A DNA stretch of 64,000 nucleotides, taken from NCBI GenBank assembly GCA_963771075.1, contig CAVYSE010000009.1:1-64000 (forward strand), given 5' to 3'. Origin of the DNA: a candidate division FCPU426 bacterium (GTDB taxonomy: Bacteria; Oederibacteriota; Muellerivitia; Muellerivitales; Muellerivitaceae). Below are positions 63,275-64,000 of the stretch, piece by piece. Position 1 is the stretch's first letter. Each line of letters opens with the position of its first letter. A program made the position numbers and the translations under genes. Under the pieces are notes generated by a model, which did not search any database, was not told where the DNA came from, and saw only the letters and a list, made by a program, of their open reading frames with translations.

Positions 63275-64000
63275 TTATGGTTCAATTTCCTGGAGTTTTT
63301 CCTCTTGATCCGCCAATGCCAGCGCATTGATAAATTCGTCGATTTCGCCGTCCATTACGCGGTCTAGTTTATAGATCGTCAAACCGATTCTGTGATCGGT
63401 CACTCGATTTTGAGGGAAATTATATGTTCGGATTTTTTCACTTCGATCCCCGCTTCCAACCATGCTCTTGCGCGTTGCGGAAACCTTAGCATTGGCTTCC
63501 TCATCGGCCTTTTCCTGAAGACGTGCGGCAAGAACCTTCATTGCTTTGGCCTTGTTCTTCAACTGGGAACGTTCATCCTGGCATTGCACCACTAACCCGG
63601 AGGGAAGGTGTGTGATTCGTACCGCCGAATAGGTTGTGTTCACGCTTTGACCACCCGCACCCGAGGAACAAAAGGTGTCGATTTTCAGGTCCATTTCCTT
63701 AATCTGGATCTCCACCTCATCCACTTCGGGTAGTACAGCGACCGTTGCCGCAGAAGTATGGATACGGCCCGATGCTTCCGTCCGAGGAACACGTTGAACC
63801 CGGTGAGTCCCGCTTTCATATCGCAATTTTCCGTAAGCGCCCTTTCCCAAAACATTGAATACGACCTCCTTGAATCCGCCGATTTCCGTGGATGTGGTGG
63901 AAATCAATTCCATGCGGAAACCCGCTCGCTCCAAGTATCGAGAATACATTCGCAAAAGGTCTGAGGCAAAGAGCGCCGCCTCCTCACCCCCGGTCCCAGC
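63275..64000 (-). CDS. prfA: Peptide chain release factor 1 (5'-truncated by the window edge)
   Basis: [10 protein letters not shown] (PxT motif), [15 protein letters not shown]. Confidence 0.96.
   Translation of the reverse strand, partial: AGTGGEEAALFASDLLRMYSRYLERAGFRMELISTTSTEIGGFKEVVFNVLGKGAYGKLRYESGTHRVQRVPRTEASGRIHTSAATVAVLPEVDEVEIQIKEMDLKIDTFCSSGAGGQSVNTTYSAVRITHLPSGLVVQCQDERSQLKNKAKAMKVLAARLQEKADEEANAKVSATRKSMVGSGDRSEKIRTYNFPQNRVTDHRIGLTIYKLDRVMDGEIDEFINALALADQEEKLQEIEP

Noticed and set aside
1..64000. tRNA or rRNA genes and an integrase for the cassette sites
   Set aside because: None recognised in the window by eye.

Overview
Bacterial chromosomal window with three zones. (1) About 1-17 kb is accessory DNA: the end of a membrane-anchored VirB8-like gene, an IS110/IS1111-type element, envelope and secreted genes, a B12-radical SAM gene, a group II intron, an alpha/beta hydrolase and a GGDEF gene. 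(2) About 17-29.5 kb is a GC-rich minus-strand cluster: an attenuator-controlled ilvB-ilvN-ilvC-psd-pssA-leuA-(MNT/HEPN)-leuB run, followed by asd and tpx. (3) About 29.7-64 kb is visibly AT-richer and carries prfA-prmC-rpoBC and the str, S10, spc and alpha operons. The main finding is a family of seven 30-bp quasi-palindromic sites (consensus TTGTCCACGAT-GGGGACCC-ATCGTGGACAA), all in the same orientation. They bracket single, short, mostly AT-rich, co-oriented ORFs like gene cassettes, but they are not canonical integron attC sites and no integrase is in the window. Both mobile elements sit at the left edge of such a site, in antisense orientation. The IS non-coding end carries short matches to its target and to its own circle junction, as expected for a bridge RNA. 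ilvB and tuf are frameshifted (probably sequencing errors) and a GNAT cassette gene has an in-frame TGA. All product calls come from motif recognition by eye; no searches were run.
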